Assembly (NCBI GenBank): GCA_001773695.1
Contig: MEXN01000001.1
Span: 41,903 to 105,902 of the forward strand
Origin: Candidatus Amesbacteria bacterium RIFCSPLOWO2_01_FULL_48_25
Lineage (GTDB): Bacteria > Patescibacteriota > Microgenomatia > CAZETR01 > Amesbacteraceae
Length of the DNA: 64,000 bases
Reading direction: 5' to 3'
This document shows, piece after piece, positions 20,505 through 31,772 of this stretch (position 1 is the stretch's first letter; each line of letters opens with the position of its first letter). The notes beneath the pieces were generated by a model, which worked only from the letters and a program-made list of their open reading frames with translations, was not told where the DNA came from and did no database searches. Made by a program: the position numbers and the translations under genes.

Positions 20505-20741
20505 TCACTCTACTAGAGTAAATCCAATCATTCGCCCCTCTTTATTCACCACCTCATCAAACTTTCGGCCATTTGGTAATTGCCACCTTGTCTTTTTTTC
20601 CCCATCCTTATCTCTACACCAAACAGCCTCCCACCCCCACCGCTTCCTATCCTCAGCAATTGCAAACTCCTTTTCCAGCCGCCGCCTATTTATCAAGCCC
20701 ATAAGACGAAGATACTCCAAATCGCCTATCTCCTTCATCAA
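20505..20741 (-). CDS. Hypothetical small protein (78 aa)
   Basis: ORF between tRNA-Ile and the 16S; basic/acidic mix; no motif. Confidence 0.3.
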   Translation of the reverse strand: MMKEIGDLEYLRLMGLINRRRLEKEFAIAEDRKRWGWEAVWCRDKDGEKKTRWQLPNGRKFDEVVNKEGRMIGFTLVE

Positions 20742-20992
20742 ATATCTGTTTTTAAGCTCTTCCGTTTCTGTTCTCCAACCCGGAAATCTCCCTCTCGAGT
20801 CCCTCCACCATATCTTTATAAACCATAAATTCCGTATACCGCAGTTCGGAAAGAGAATTCTCGTGCCGCACGCCCCGGAATTTTCTCTTGGCCTCCAAAT
20901 ATTTCGGCTTATATTTCGCCAGCTGCTCCTCCAAATATTTCAGCCTCGTCTGAGTGTCCATACCCCATTTTAACCCTCCGACCAACAGTAAC

Positions 20993-21235
20993 CTACTGCC
21001 TAAAAAGCAACACACCCAAAAGGCGAGCCAACACCGACTCTCTTGGATTTACACGCATCCAATATCCCCTACGAACCCTATCTACTACTCCCCTCATGTG
21101 ACATTGGGTACAACTAAATTCTCTGCCCGCCAGCCCTTCCGCAGCTTTCTTCTTCAATATCTCAGGCAACGGACAATCGCTCTCTTGTTGACAACCCACA
21201 ATTACTAATGGCACTCCTAACCTCATTTCTATCAT
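20993..21235 (-). CDS. Hypothetical small Cys-containing protein (80 aa; C..C...C..C.H zinc-ribbon-like)
   Basis: CQQESDCPLPE...CTQCHMRG. It sits just after the bidirectional terminator that follows the 16S. Confidence 0.3.
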   Translation of the reverse strand: MIEMRLGVPLVIVGCQQESDCPLPEILKKKAAEGLAGREFSCTQCHMRGVVDRVRRGYWMRVNPRESVLARLLGVLLFRQ

Positions 21236-21261
21236 ACTCAGATTATATCAATAACAAGGCC

Positions 21262-21291
21262 AAAAAACCCGCCAAATAGGCGGGCTTTTTT
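21262..21291. terminator. Bidirectional intrinsic terminator AAAAAACCCGCCAAATAGGCGGGCTTTTTT
   Basis: Perfect 6-bp GC stem flanked by an A6 run and a T7 run, located about 180 nt past the 16S 3' end. Confidence 0.75.
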
Positions 21292-21470
21292 GCTTGTACT
21301 CTAAAAAGTGGTAGGAAATATAAGTAGCGGGAAACTGCTTTTGACGTGTGCTGCTTCCCCTACCTGCGGGTCCCGTTATTTTAATGTGGACGGTTTCCAA
21401 TGACCACAGGGTGATTTCCACTACGGCTCTGAAAAAATTAATTTTCTAAGCCTACCGTGATTAACTCCTA

Positions 21471-22965
<1,495 letters not shown>

Positions 22966-23200
22966 GAATTGCGTGTTTACGCAAATCATTAATTTCCTAT
23001 AACCAACACCCGTAAGGGTGGAGGTTATATCGAACCGAAAGGCGAATGCCATAAAGCTCTACCTAATGATTCGATACCACTTCTTAAAGTATAAGAAGTG
23101 TACCTTACTCATATAAACGCCAATTTTCAAAGAGCCACGATCCAGAAGCGAAGCCAATTCTACATCAATAATTTATAAATTACAACCGCCGCGGCCAGGC

Positions 23201-23449
23201 CTACTGATAGTGGTCATTTATATCTACCACTTCCACTTCGCCATCTCCGGTCACAATAAAAACCGCTCTGTATTTTCTATCAATTCTAAACGAATACAAC
23301 TTCAGACTTCTAGGTTCCAGTAATTCCGTGTTCAAAGACGGATAATTTTGGTCCATTTCAAACAAACCGCGCTGTTTTTCAAATTTTCTGGCCAACCCCC
23401 TCTTTTTCAAGTACTTTATCAAGTCGTCCCTCAACGGTCTAACTCGCAT
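23201..23449 (-). CDS. Type II toxin, RelE/ParE superfamily
   Basis: 82 aa with basic/hydrophobic RelE-like pattern (RKYRAVFIVTGDGEVEVVDI). It overlaps the upstream antitoxin gene by 11 nt. Confidence 0.65.
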   Translation of the reverse strand: MRVRPLRDDLIKYLKKRGLARKFEKQRGLFEMDQNYPSLNTELLEPRSLKLYSFRIDRKYRAVFIVTGDGEVEVVDINDHYQ

Positions 23450-23702
23450 AAGCGCTCGACTTCCCCAATCCTCTCACCACGCTATCTATAAACTTCTCAC
23501 TGTATCTGCCGGTCTTAGCTAGCTCCAGCTTTATCTCACCCAAAGGTCGTGCATCAAAACTCTCCAATTTCAATTGACCGGAAAAATATTTCCTTAATAA
23601 GTTCCTGAAAAACTCAGACCGTGTAGCAAATCTCCCCCGCTTAACTTCGGAGTCGATTTGCTGGGTAATCTGACTAGGTACAGAAATGGTCAATGTTGCC
23701 AT
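23439..23702 (-). CDS. Antitoxin, ribbon-helix-helix/ParD-like (start MATLTISVP)
   Basis: N-terminal beta-strand plus two helices, TISVPSQITQQIDSEVKRGRFATRSEFFRNLLRKY. Confidence 0.55.
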   Translation of the reverse strand: MATLTISVPSQITQQIDSEVKRGRFATRSEFFRNLLRKYFSGQLKLESFDARPLGEIKLELAKTGRYSEKFIDSVVRGLGKSSAYAS

Positions 23703-23708
23703 AAGAAC

Positions 23709-23737
23709 ATTTAAGAACATTTCTTATATTTTGTCAA
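23709..23737 (-). promoter_or_regulatory. Promoter TTGACA-17-TTAAAT for the toxin-antitoxin operon, with tandem AAATGTTCTT direct repeats (operator candidate); leaderless
   Basis: In minus-strand reading: cgcTTGACAaaatataagaaatgttcTTAAATgttcttATGGCAACA. The 10-nt direct repeat occurs twice, overlapping the -10 box and the start codon. Confidence 0.55.
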
Positions 23738-23799
23738 GCGTCTTATAAACCACAACCGCCGCCGCCACATACACATTCAGCGATTTACCCAAAATCAAA

Positions 23800-24009
23800 T
23801 CACCTATTTTTCCCCTGCTCAACACCCGGGCCCGACATCAAAGACAAGTCATCTCCTATTTCCACCTGCCCGTTAGCCACCATTCTCCACATCCTCCTTC
23901 TTACTTCTACCGATCTAACATTTAGCTCATCCGCCAATTCTCTAAACATTCCCACCACATCACTCACCGGGATGCGTTTAAGAATCCCCTTCTCAATCAG
24001 TAACCCCAT
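23800..24009 (-). CDS. Hypothetical small protein (69 aa)
   Basis: The ORF is bounded on both sides by duplicated spoU 3'-end remnants. Confidence 0.3.
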   Translation of the reverse strand: MGLLIEKGILKRIPVSDVVGMFRELADELNVRSVEVRRRMWRMVANGQVEIGDDLSLMSGPGVEQGKNR

Positions 24010-24018
24010 ACCAAAATA

Positions 24019-24564
24019 CTACATCCCTTCCAAAATTTTGTAAACCACCGCCGCCGCAGCCACATGCACATTCAGGCTTTTATTTATTCCATACATCGGT
24101 ATCTCTACAATCACATCCGCCATGTCCAAAACCTCCTCATAAATCCCCTCGGTCTCATGGCCAACCACGATGGCCACCGGCCATCCAGCTAATAGCTTAT
24201 GGCTAATAGCTGATAGCTGAATTGCCCTCGAATCTTGCTCTACGGCTATGATTTTAAGACTTGGGATTTGGGATTTGAGGCTTGCCAGCGCGGAAACCGC
24301 ATCCGGCTCGTACTTCCAGGGAACCCAGGTCTCGGTGCCAACCGCGGCTTTATGAATACGAGAGCTGGGTGGTCTCTCCGTCCCCCCACAAAGTATTACT
24401 TCACGAGCCGCCACCGCATCCGCCAGGCGAAACAACGACCCGATATTATATGTATCCAACACGTTATCCAAAACCAAATACATCGGTTTCCTCTCAATTT
24501 TGGCCAACTCTTCCTCCGTCGGCCTTCTCACCCTCAACTGCTTCGCATTCAACTTCATCCCCAA
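24019..24564 (-). CDS. SpoU/TrmH-family RNA 2'-O-methyltransferase
   Basis: SPOUT motifs (IVVGHETEGIYEEV...IVEIPMYGINKSLNVHVAAAAVVY). It contains an in-frame insert from GCTAATAGCT and TTGGGAT repeats. Confidence 0.8.
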   Translation of the reverse strand: MGMKLNAKQLRVRRPTEEELAKIERKPMYLVLDNVLDTYNIGSLFRLADAVAAREVILCGGTERPPSSRIHKAAVGTETWVPWKYEPDAVSALASLKSQIPSLKIIAVEQDSRAIQLSAISHKLLAGWPVAIVVGHETEGIYEEVLDMADVIVEIPMYGINKSLNVHVAAAAVVYKILEGM

Positions 24565-24614
24565 ATTCTACCACCACCTTGATTTAAAAAACCCATAGTA
24601 ATAAAATTGCATTC

Positions 24615-24926
24615 ATGAATCTTTCTAAAATCAAAGAAACCATAAATTCGGTTGATGCGGTCGAATCCCCGCTCAAACCAATTCTCAATTGTGGCTGTAT
24701 GGCAGCGGCATATCTCGGACTGTCCGCTTGTTGTGTAGTACCTGCAGCTACCGCCGTTTGGTCAGCATCCAATGAAGCTGTAAAAAGTCTGACTCCGAAT
24801 TTGCTTCCCCCAGGAACTGAGCTGCCCATGGCTACATTTATCGCTGCATTTGCCGTTATGATAGGTCTTCCCCTCGCGAAATTTACCGCTGAAGTGTTCT
24901 TTCCAACCCGAGTCAACGCCAAATAG
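24615..24926 (+). CDS. Hypothetical small Cys-containing membrane protein (strand uncertain; fully overlapped by an antisense ORF)
   Basis: The plus-frame product has a charged N-terminus and hydrophobic segments with CGC...CC. The antisense 24584..24922 ORF is Ala/Gly/Ser-rich and less gene-like. Confidence 0.25.
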   Translation: MNLSKIKETINSVDAVESPLKPILNCGCMAAAYLGLSACCVVPAATAVWSASNEAVKSLTPNLLPPGTELPMATFIAAFAVMIGLPLAKFTAEVFFPTRVNAK

Positions 24927-24947
24927 ACTCAATTCTCGCGTTCAACT

Positions 24948-25763
24948 TCACGTTTGCGGCAGGTTTGCCCACTGTGTCTGATCCTCAAACAATTTGTCAT
25001 GGAATTCCCAGAACTTTCCCTGATCCTTAGCACACTCTGCCGCTTCAGCAGACTTCTGAGCATTAGGATGAATCTGAGACAGTGGGAAGTGTTTATAAGC
25101 AAACAGGACTTTACCGCTATATTCTTTCAAAATCTGTTGCACCGTCGGAAACGCCCTGGAACAAAACGGGCATTGGAAGTCGGAATATTCTATCAAGGTG
25201 ATCGGCGCCCCCTTAGTCCCCTGCGTCGGCGCATTCCCCACACTCACCGTCGCCCGAGTCACCGACTTATCCGCTTTCCCAGTCAACTCCTCATCGATAA
25301 TCTTTTTAAACTCCTCAAACGGATACGCCCCCGCCAGAAGCCTGCCATTTATAAAAAACCCTGGCGTCCCCTGCACTCCCACCTTACCGCCTTCAGCCAA
25401 GTCCGCATCAACTATGGCCTTCTTACTCCCCGAGTTCACACAACTCATCAACTTATTTCCGTCCACGCTTGTCTGTTTAGCATAATCCTTCATCGCCTCG
25501 GCAAAACTCTTATATTTGGAATTGACATTTGGCGCAGCGACATTGCCCGCCTGTCCAGTCGTAGTCCCACTCGGAGCGGAGGAGGACTCCAGGTATTTAA
25601 GTTTGCTCCACATCGATCCCAACACAAACGCTCCAATCACGATAACCACAGCCATTACCGGCGCCATCTTTTCCAATAGACTCTTCTGCGGTATACCCCT
25701 CGAAGCTTCATCGTAGTAGGGCATCACTTCTGGTTCTACAACTTTTCTTGTTCTCACTGCCAT
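24948..25763 (-). CDS. DsbA-like thiol:disulfide oxidoreductase (membrane-anchored thioredoxin fold)
   Basis: N-terminal TM; CPFC active site (FQCPFCSRAFP). Confidence 0.75.
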   Translation of the reverse strand: MAVRTRKVVEPEVMPYYDEASRGIPQKSLLEKMAPVMAVVIVIGAFVLGSMWSKLKYLESSSAPSGTTTGQAGNVAAPNVNSKYKSFAEAMKDYAKQTSVDGNKLMSCVNSGSKKAIVDADLAEGGKVGVQGTPGFFINGRLLAGAYPFEEFKKIIDEELTGKADKSVTRATVSVGNAPTQGTKGAPITLIEYSDFQCPFCSRAFPTVQQILKEYSGKVLFAYKHFPLSQIHPNAQKSAEAAECAKDQGKFWEFHDKLFEDQTQWANLPQT

Positions 25764-25812
25764 GCCAGCCTTTATATCAAATAAATAGCCAACTATGCAA
25801 CTACCAATCTAA

Positions 25813-26721
25813 TTAACTTTTCTGCTCCTCCAACCACCTTTCCGCATCCAATGCTGCCTCACATCCATAACCGGCAGCCGTGACTGCTTGCCGGTATATA
25901 TGATCATGCACATCCCCGGACACAAATACTCCCGGCACATTACTCATCGTCCGATACTTATAGCCTTCCCTCTGGACATAACCCCTACTTCCCAAGTTAA
26001 CCTTGCCCGCAAAAATCTTCGTCGCCGGGCTATGCCCGATTGCTACAAACAATCCATCGGTCACCAATGTTTGCCCGTCAGACAATACTACTCCCTCCAC
26101 TTTATCCGCCCCCAATACATCTTTCACTTCCGCATTCCAAATTATCCGGATCTTAGGGTCAGCCATCACCCGATCCTGCATTATCTTGCTCGCCCGAAAC
26201 ATGTCTCTTCTGTGCACGATAACTATCTCTGTCGCGTGTCGAGACAAGACCAACGCCTCCTCCATCGCCGCGTCCCCCCCACCTACTACCACCACTTTTT
26301 TACCTTTAAAAAACGCCGCGTCGCATGTAGCGCAGCTGGAAACCCCCCTTCCAATCAATCTCTGCTCATTTGGTAAATTCAACCAATTAAACTCCGCCCC
26401 CGTGGCGATAATCACCGACCGCCCCAAATAGCCGTTGACCCTAAACGGCTTCACCCCAAAATCCACTTCGGTTGCGTTCTCCTCCTTCACCTCCACCCCA
26501 AATTTCTCCGCCTGTTTTCGCATAGCCGCCATCAAATCCGGCCCTTGAATCCCCTCAGAAAACCCCGGATAGTTTTCAACCAATGTAGTCAACATCAACT
26601 GTCCGCCCCATTTTTCCCCAGCCACACACAGCGTCTTCAAGTTCGCCCGGGATGTATACAACCCCGCCGTCAACCCCGCCGGCCCACTCCCAATAATAAT
26701 TACGTCATAAACCTCATTCAT
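25813..26721 (-). CDS. trxB: Thioredoxin reductase
   Basis: FAD-binding GSGPAG, redox-active CATCD, and NADPH-binding GGGDAAMEEA. Confidence 0.92.
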   Translation of the reverse strand: MNEVYDVIIIGSGPAGLTAGLYTSRANLKTLCVAGEKWGGQLMLTTLVENYPGFSEGIQGPDLMAAMRKQAEKFGVEVKEENATEVDFGVKPFRVNGYLGRSVIIATGAEFNWLNLPNEQRLIGRGVSSCATCDAAFFKGKKVVVVGGGDAAMEEALVLSRHATEIVIVHRRDMFRASKIMQDRVMADPKIRIIWNAEVKDVLGADKVEGVVLSDGQTLVTDGLFVAIGHSPATKIFAGKVNLGSRGYVQREGYKYRTMSNVPGVFVSGDVHDHIYRQAVTAAGYGCEAALDAERWLEEQKS

Positions 26722-26764
26722 ATTTAACAGTTTTTACAACTTTTTGAAGCTAATTTAACAAGTT

Positions 26765-27097
26765 TTAACCAGTTTTTACAAGCAAATTCACATACCCCTG
26801 GCGACCGGCATATCCCACTTGCCGAGCCACCTCAGCTCCATCCTTAAACAGGATCACGGTGGGAATGCTCATGGTATTAAACCTAGAAGCCAGATCGGGA
26901 TGGGCATCCACATCTACCTTAGCTACCAGAACTCGGCCCTGATATTGTGTCGCCAGTTCCTCGATTATCGGCGCCGCCATTTTGCACGGCCCGCACCACT
27001 CCGCCCAAAAGTCAACTAGAACCCACCCTGTCTTCACTTTGTCGTCAAAATCGTCCTTAGTTAGATTTACTGCCACTCCCATAACCAGACCCACCAT
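26765..27097 (-). CDS. trxA: Thioredoxin
   Basis: WAEWCGPCK active site. Confidence 0.9.
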   Translation of the reverse strand: MVGLVMGVAVNLTKDDFDDKVKTGWVLVDFWAEWCGPCKMAAPIIEELATQYQGRVLVAKVDVDAHPDLASRFNTMSIPTVILFKDGAEVARQVGYAGRQGYVNLLVKTG

Positions 27098-27107
27098 ACC
27101 ACACCTC

Positions 27108-27674
27108 CTATATTCTTATCAACGTCCACCCTTGCAGCCCGATCAGCCCCGCCCACATCCAAACCACTATCCTATTCTCAGTTGCCGTAAACTTCCGGGC
27201 AAACACCCAATACCACTTCTGGTAATCAGTTTCGTGAACCAGCCCTATCCATAGCCTTACAGACAACCCCAACACCACTCCCGCCCCCAAAAAACTCCCC
27301 GAGCTGGAAATCACCCACCAGCCCACAATTCCCACGACAAGACCAGTCAATATATTGTGAACCGGCAATTTTTCCCGCGAAGATCGCGTCACCATTACCA
27401 TCTCCCGTGCTTCCCGCCATTTGCCCGTTTTAAGCAGTCCCACCACCCGCTGGCTATCTAGTTCGTGCGGCCGGGTAATTAGCGCGTAATACCAATCATC
27501 CAAATCAGATAAAAAGTATCCGATCGCCCATCCCACAAACAACACCAGATTGTTCAAAAAAAATCCCAAACTTAGTACTTTATACTTAGCACTTAGCCCT
27601 CTCGCTATCATCAATACCAAGAGAGCGATACTCCTCATCCCAAATTTTCTCAGCTCAGGACTTACCTTCACCAT
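27108..27674 (-). CDS. Hypothetical polytopic membrane protein
   Basis: 5-6 hydrophobic helices; no motif. Confidence 0.45.
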   Translation of the reverse strand: MVKVSPELRKFGMRSIALLVLMIARGLSAKYKVLSLGFFLNNLVLFVGWAIGYFLSDLDDWYYALITRPHELDSQRVVGLLKTGKWREAREMVMVTRSSREKLPVHNILTGLVVGIVGWWVISSSGSFLGAGVVLGLSVRLWIGLVHETDYQKWYWVFARKFTATENRIVVWMWAGLIGLQGWTLIRI

Positions 27675-28399
27675 TACTTCAAGTATAACTCCTCTTCCGC
27701 CCTATCGCACAAGCTCTGTCCTCCTGCTTCCAACCATTCCTGCAATCGTCCGCTGTCTCCCGCGTAAATTCCGCTCCCCCAATAGACGTATCTTTTAGTC
27801 TCTTCCGGCCATAAAGAAGAGTCCTTGCCAATCTGGCTATGTCCCCCATTGTATCCCGCCAGTGCCAATTCTATATTTCCCCCCGCTCGTTCAAGTCCTA
27901 ATGCCAAATACGCCAACCCCTTATCCGCATTCGTATCCGGATCTAACATATCATCATCTTCATCAAAGTGAAACGGCATCACTTGGAAAATCCCTTGCGC
28001 CCCCGCCGAGGATACCGCACCAGGCAACCCGCACGATTCAATCTGCATGACAGTCGCCACCAAGTTCGGATCCAAGCCAAATTCACCCGCCCATTTTTTT
28101 ATATCCTGCCCCCAATACTGGACACTGGGCGTAAATATCAGTGAAATCGCCACCCCTTGCGCCTCCACCGCCAGTGCCGTCCCCGTCGCCGCCGCAGTTC
28201 TCTCCACTACCACCCGACCATTCCCCTCCGCCTCCTGTGCCACCAATAAAGCGGACACCGCCAAGACTGTCCAACCAAAAAGTAATGCTATTGCCTTATC
28301 ATTTCGTAGTTCTACCTCCCTCGCCATTGTGTCGCCCCCCATTTCAATAATTCGGTTCCCCCTCGCACCGTCGGTTCCACTCCTGCCATTATTCCCCAT
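27674..28399 (-). CDS. Lytic transglycosylase (SLT domain)
   Basis: GIFQVMPFHF...DPDTNADKGLAYL in an SLT catalytic-domain context, with an N-terminal TM/signal. The start is probably an internal Met (MGGDTM or MAREV). Confidence 0.72.
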   Translation of the reverse strand: MGNNGRSGTDGARGNRIIEMGGDTMAREVELRNDKAIALLFGWTVLAVSALLVAQEAEGNGRVVVERTAAATGTALAVEAQGVAISLIFTPSVQYWGQDIKKWAGEFGLDPNLVATVMQIESCGLPGAVSSAGAQGIFQVMPFHFDEDDDMLDPDTNADKGLAYLALGLERAGGNIELALAGYNGGHSQIGKDSSLWPEETKRYVYWGSGIYAGDSGRLQEWLEAGGQSLCDRAEEELYLK

Positions 28400-28983
28400 A
28401 GCCCAATTGGGATATATGCCAAAGACAGCGTCTGTAATGGATCCAGCTCCTCCAATCTTCCTGCATACTTCATCCCCTCCAACATCAACTTCCCTCCAAA
28501 CCCCACCGCTACCGGCCCCAAAATCCCGCCTTGTACCAATTCCTTACACATCATCTCGGAAGCTTTAGCTGCCGACCTCACATACAAATACACCGACCAA
28601 CCAACCATCTCTACGCCTGCCTCGGCTATTTTTCGTGCCCACCTCACCCCCGATATTTCTTTACCCTTCCCAATCGCCCCCAGTTCAGGCTGCGCCAACA
28701 CTTCCCCCTCAGAAGCTACTTCTACCTCTCCCGGGGGACTATGTCCATTGCCGTTTTTCAAGGCAGTCTTCTTCGCCCCCACTAACTAAATTATACCCCT
28801 TCCTTCAACTCCTTTCCCAACCATCTTTTTTATCCACACAATCTTGGCTCTCAATGCTGCTACACAAAGCGCCACCCATCTTTTTTCCGGATCCCGAGCC
28901 CCTTCCACCGGCTGCGTTTCTACTATACCGATATACGTCTCTAGCTCCTCAACACTCTTTCTTTTCAACTTTGCTTCTTTCAT
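28312..28983 (-). pseudogene. Single reading frame interrupted by one in-frame TAG (28786-28788): 65-aa and 156-aa ORFs in the same frame
   Basis: 28983 - 28782 = 201, so the two ORFs share a frame. The downstream part begins with GTG immediately after the stop. No homology recognised. Confidence 0.3.
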
Positions 28984-29051
28984 AGTTTATTTTAACCCTT
29001 GACTTCTCCTTCATCTAGTAGCTTAAACTGTCCCGATGCCCCAACTTTCCA

Positions 29052-31043
29052 ATGCTTGAAGCAGACACAACCACTCGCCCCATTTTTCAATTCGATCCCG
29101 GCGCTTTCACCCCCGAATCAGAAATCCACCAAGCCAGAAAAGAAAAGCTCAAAGCCGCCAGAAATTTAGCAATCCTCACCACCGGCAAGACCGAAGTTAC
29201 CGCCAGACTTTCTTCAGGCGGAGTCTGGCATATACTCAAAATTGGAGATATTCATGAAGGTGACACAGCCGTTGACCACGACGAGGTTGAAGAAATTGTC
29301 CCTTATTGTCATGAATCCCCCAAAAGACTTTTAGTCCTCCTGGGTGACGAGTACAACGGTGTCAACCCTGAACAACTGGGAACTACCATGAGACAACTTG
29401 CTCTAGCTCTCGAAGAACAAATTGCTCACTTCGAGGAAGGACTTCTTAAACCACTTGCTGGTCGCATTTTAGGCATGCCCTGGTTCTATCACGGTCATAC
29501 AGAATGGTCCAATAAAAAGGTCATGTTCGACAATTGGCGCGTTGGTACCCGAAACGGCATTCCCATTCTCATCCCTGGAGGTAATATTGTCACTCCATTT
29601 CCAACCGGCGAACAACTCCGATTCAAGGTTTTTCATAACGCCGGTCGAGCTCCCAAAGCCAATCCACTAGCCAGCGCTCTGGCCCACGGAGCCGTCTACC
29701 CACTCAATCACCCTTTCATTCCAGACGAAGTCTGCGTTGGCAACAGCCACTATAATAGCTGTGCTATCGTCACCCGCTCCGGGTCAATCCGCCAAGCTGC
29801 TTCCATGTGCGGCACCTACAAAGGCAGCACTCCCGAACTCAGAGACAGGTTCGCCATGGAAAGCCAAGCCGGCCGCATCTACGACCAACCAGGCGCCAAC
29901 ACTATTATCTGGACCAAAAACGGCCAACCCCGACTCTACCCCTGCACCGACTTAGACCGGGGAGAGCTTGTTTTTCAAGCTCTCACTTTTCGCGACAATC
30001 TCCCAGACTGGCTCGCCACAGAGCTTCAGAAAATGATCAATGCCGTTGAACCCCGGCCAGATATCTCCATTAACTCACAGTTTGGTGCCGCCTCCGATTC
30101 CCCCCACCCCGAGGCCCCGCCAGGCCAACAGACAACAGATCAGCCTTCCCAACAAGCCACTCAGTACGAAAAGGTCGTTATCGACGCTGCTTCATCTCGC
30201 CCGATTCTCTTCTTTCCATTCGGCAACACCCGTTTCGGTGCTGAAAATTCCCTCGCCTTCGAGACTCAAAATGCAGCGGAAATCGATTTTCTTCTAGCCC
30301 ATCCCCACTCCCTGGTTGCCATCCTCCGCCGCACCCTCGACCCAGACGTCCCGAGCGACGTTTCCCGCGTCTTCGTTCTGGACCACATTATTAACCTTTT
30401 CTCGTCCTTGGCCCAAAACCGGCAACTTGTAGCCATTATGCTAGACAAAGTCCTCCGCGACAAAAAATGGAAAAGGGGAGTCGGTGAAAAAGACAAGGAT
30501 GGAACCTTCGAAAGTTCACCGATCAAGCCTGGCACCTATCTTTCCGAAAGTCTCAATAATACTCCCCTCATGACAAATAATTATGGCCGAATTGAGGTAA
30601 ACATTCACCCGCCAGATTCAACCGTTAGTCAAAAGTACGTCATTATGTGCATGGATGGCACCGCCGGTTCAGGCTCCACTCACAACCCATTTCTCTCTCT
30701 CCGCCGGGCTTATGACTGGGGTGCCCAAGTCGACTTCCCTGACCTCACTATAGGCGGGCTCAACCCCAACGGCGGCTTCCAAACCTTCATGGATCGCCTC
30801 AACCTCAATACCCCCTGGCCCACCCTCATGTCTATGGGCTGGAGATCCAAAGTCGACAGTTGGGGCAAAGGCAACGTGAGAGCCGGTGCCGAAGCTGGCG
30901 TCGGCGCCATCCTCCTTCCCGACCGTCACATGCTCTTCCCAACTGCTTATTTTGAACAAACCAAAGAAATATTTGAAGCCCTCGACTTGTATCTGGGTGC
31001 CGGGCTTCTTGGCCTCGTTGAAAAAACTACAACCTCAAACTAA
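29052..31043 (+). CDS. Large hypothetical protein (663 aa) with a weak metallophosphoesterase-like N-terminal signature
   Basis: KIGDIHEGD ... LLGDEYNG ... FYHGHTEW resemble degenerate calcineurin-like phosphoesterase motifs I-III. There is a Gln/Pro-rich linker and no TM. Local GC (52-63%) is above the neighbourhood (about 45%). Confidence 0.55.
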   Translation: MLEADTTTRPIFQFDPGAFTPESEIHQARKEKLKAARNLAILTTGKTEVTARLSSGGVWHILKIGDIHEGDTAVDHDEVEEIVPYCHESPKRLLVLLGDEYNGVNPEQLGTTMRQLALALEEQIAHFEEGLLKPLAGRILGMPWFYHGHTEWSNKKVMFDNWRVGTRNGIPILIPGGNIVTPFPTGEQLRFKVFHNAGRAPKANPLASALAHGAVYPLNHPFIPDEVCVGNSHYNSCAIVTRSGSIRQAASMCGTYKGSTPELRDRFAMESQAGRIYDQPGANTIIWTKNGQPRLYPCTDLDRGELVFQALTFRDNLPDWLATELQKMINAVEPRPDISINSQFGAASDSPHPEAPPGQQTTDQPSQQATQYEKVVIDAASSRPILFFPFGNTRFGAENSLAFETQNAAEIDFLLAHPHSLVAILRRTLDPDVPSDVSRVFVLDHIINLFSSLAQNRQLVAIMLDKVLRDKKWKRGVGEKDKDGTFESSPIKPGTYLSESLNNTPLMTNNYGRIEVNIHPPDSTVSQKYVIMCMDGTAGSGSTHNPFLSLRRAYDWGAQVDFPDLTIGGLNPNGGFQTFMDRLNLNTPWPTLMSMGWRSKVDSWGKGNVRAGAEAGVGAILLPDRHMLFPTAYFEQTKEIFEALDLYLGAGLLGLVEKTTTSN

Positions 31044-31067
31044 TTTTTTCAACTCCCCATCTTTCGC

Positions 31068-31457
31068 TCACCTCTCCTTCCCCCGCCGTGATCGTCTTGT
31101 CCTCTCCTCTTCCGCAATAACCCCCGCCAGAATCTCTTCCCAATCGACATGAAGTTCCCTACTCTCCTCACCTCTTCTTCTCTTCTCTTCATCCCCATTA
31201 AATTTCTTACTCCCCCATAAAACGTCAACCCCTCCCACAGTATCACTCACCATGAAACGCTCATAGGTTCCCTTTCTATAAAAAACTGCATAGTCAAAAC
31301 AGTTAATGCGCGCATCGGGATCATACAGACTGACTCCGGATAGGCCATATTTCGTCCTGTTCTGATACCTGACCACACAATAAGCCATTCTGTCCCCCTT
31401 GTATCTCCCATTCCTTTCGACCAGCTCCTCAGCCAATTGTCTATTAATCGTTGCCAC
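31068..31457 (-). CDS. Hypothetical protein (129 aa)
   Basis: Long ORF with a charged C-terminal tail (EEKRRRGEESRE...RRSRRGKER); no motif. Confidence 0.35.
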   Translation of the reverse strand: MATINRQLAEELVERNGRYKGDRMAYCVVRYQNRTKYGLSGVSLYDPDARINCFDYAVFYRKGTYERFMVSDTVGGVDVLWGSKKFNGDEEKRRRGEESRELHVDWEEILAGVIAEEERTRRSRRGKER

Positions 31458-31478
31458 AAAAGTATTGTACCAGCCGTG

Positions 31479-31772
31479 TCAACCCAAAGATTTCCGACCT
31501 TTTTTTAACTCCCCCATCTTCCACATAAACAGCGCCCCTTTGTTATCCGCATTCGAATCTACCACAAATCTTCTCACCTGTTCCAATAGCGCCCGGTCAA
31601 CCGTCTTGGCCATCTTTATATATAAGGACTTATGCCCCTCATCCCCCAACTCCCGGGCCAGCCTATATCCATAGTCCTGAAACTCCCGCGTCACATACCT
31701 GCCTGCCGGCAGGCCAGGCTTATTCGTTTCGGGTTTAGCCCTCTCGTCGAAAATTTGTTTCAATGATTTCAT
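31479..31772 (-). CDS. Hypothetical protein (97 aa)
   Basis: Non-repetitive, gene-like composition; no motif. Confidence 0.35.
   Translation of the reverse strand: MKSLKQIFDERAKPETNKPGLPAGRYVTREFQDYGYRLARELGDEGHKSLYIKMAKTVDRALLEQVRRFVVDSNADNKGALFMWKMGELKKGRKSLG

Noticed and set aside
24584-24922. 112-aa minus-strand ORF fully overlapping the 24615..24926 plus ORF
   Set aside because: Ala/Gly/Ser/Thr-rich product typical of an antisense frame. The plus-strand product is more gene-like, but neither is well supported.
29737-30959. Short ORFs in alternative frames and strands inside the 663-aa gene
   Set aside because: They are GC-rich out-of-frame artefacts (Pro/Arg/Ala-rich) nested in the long plus-strand ORF.
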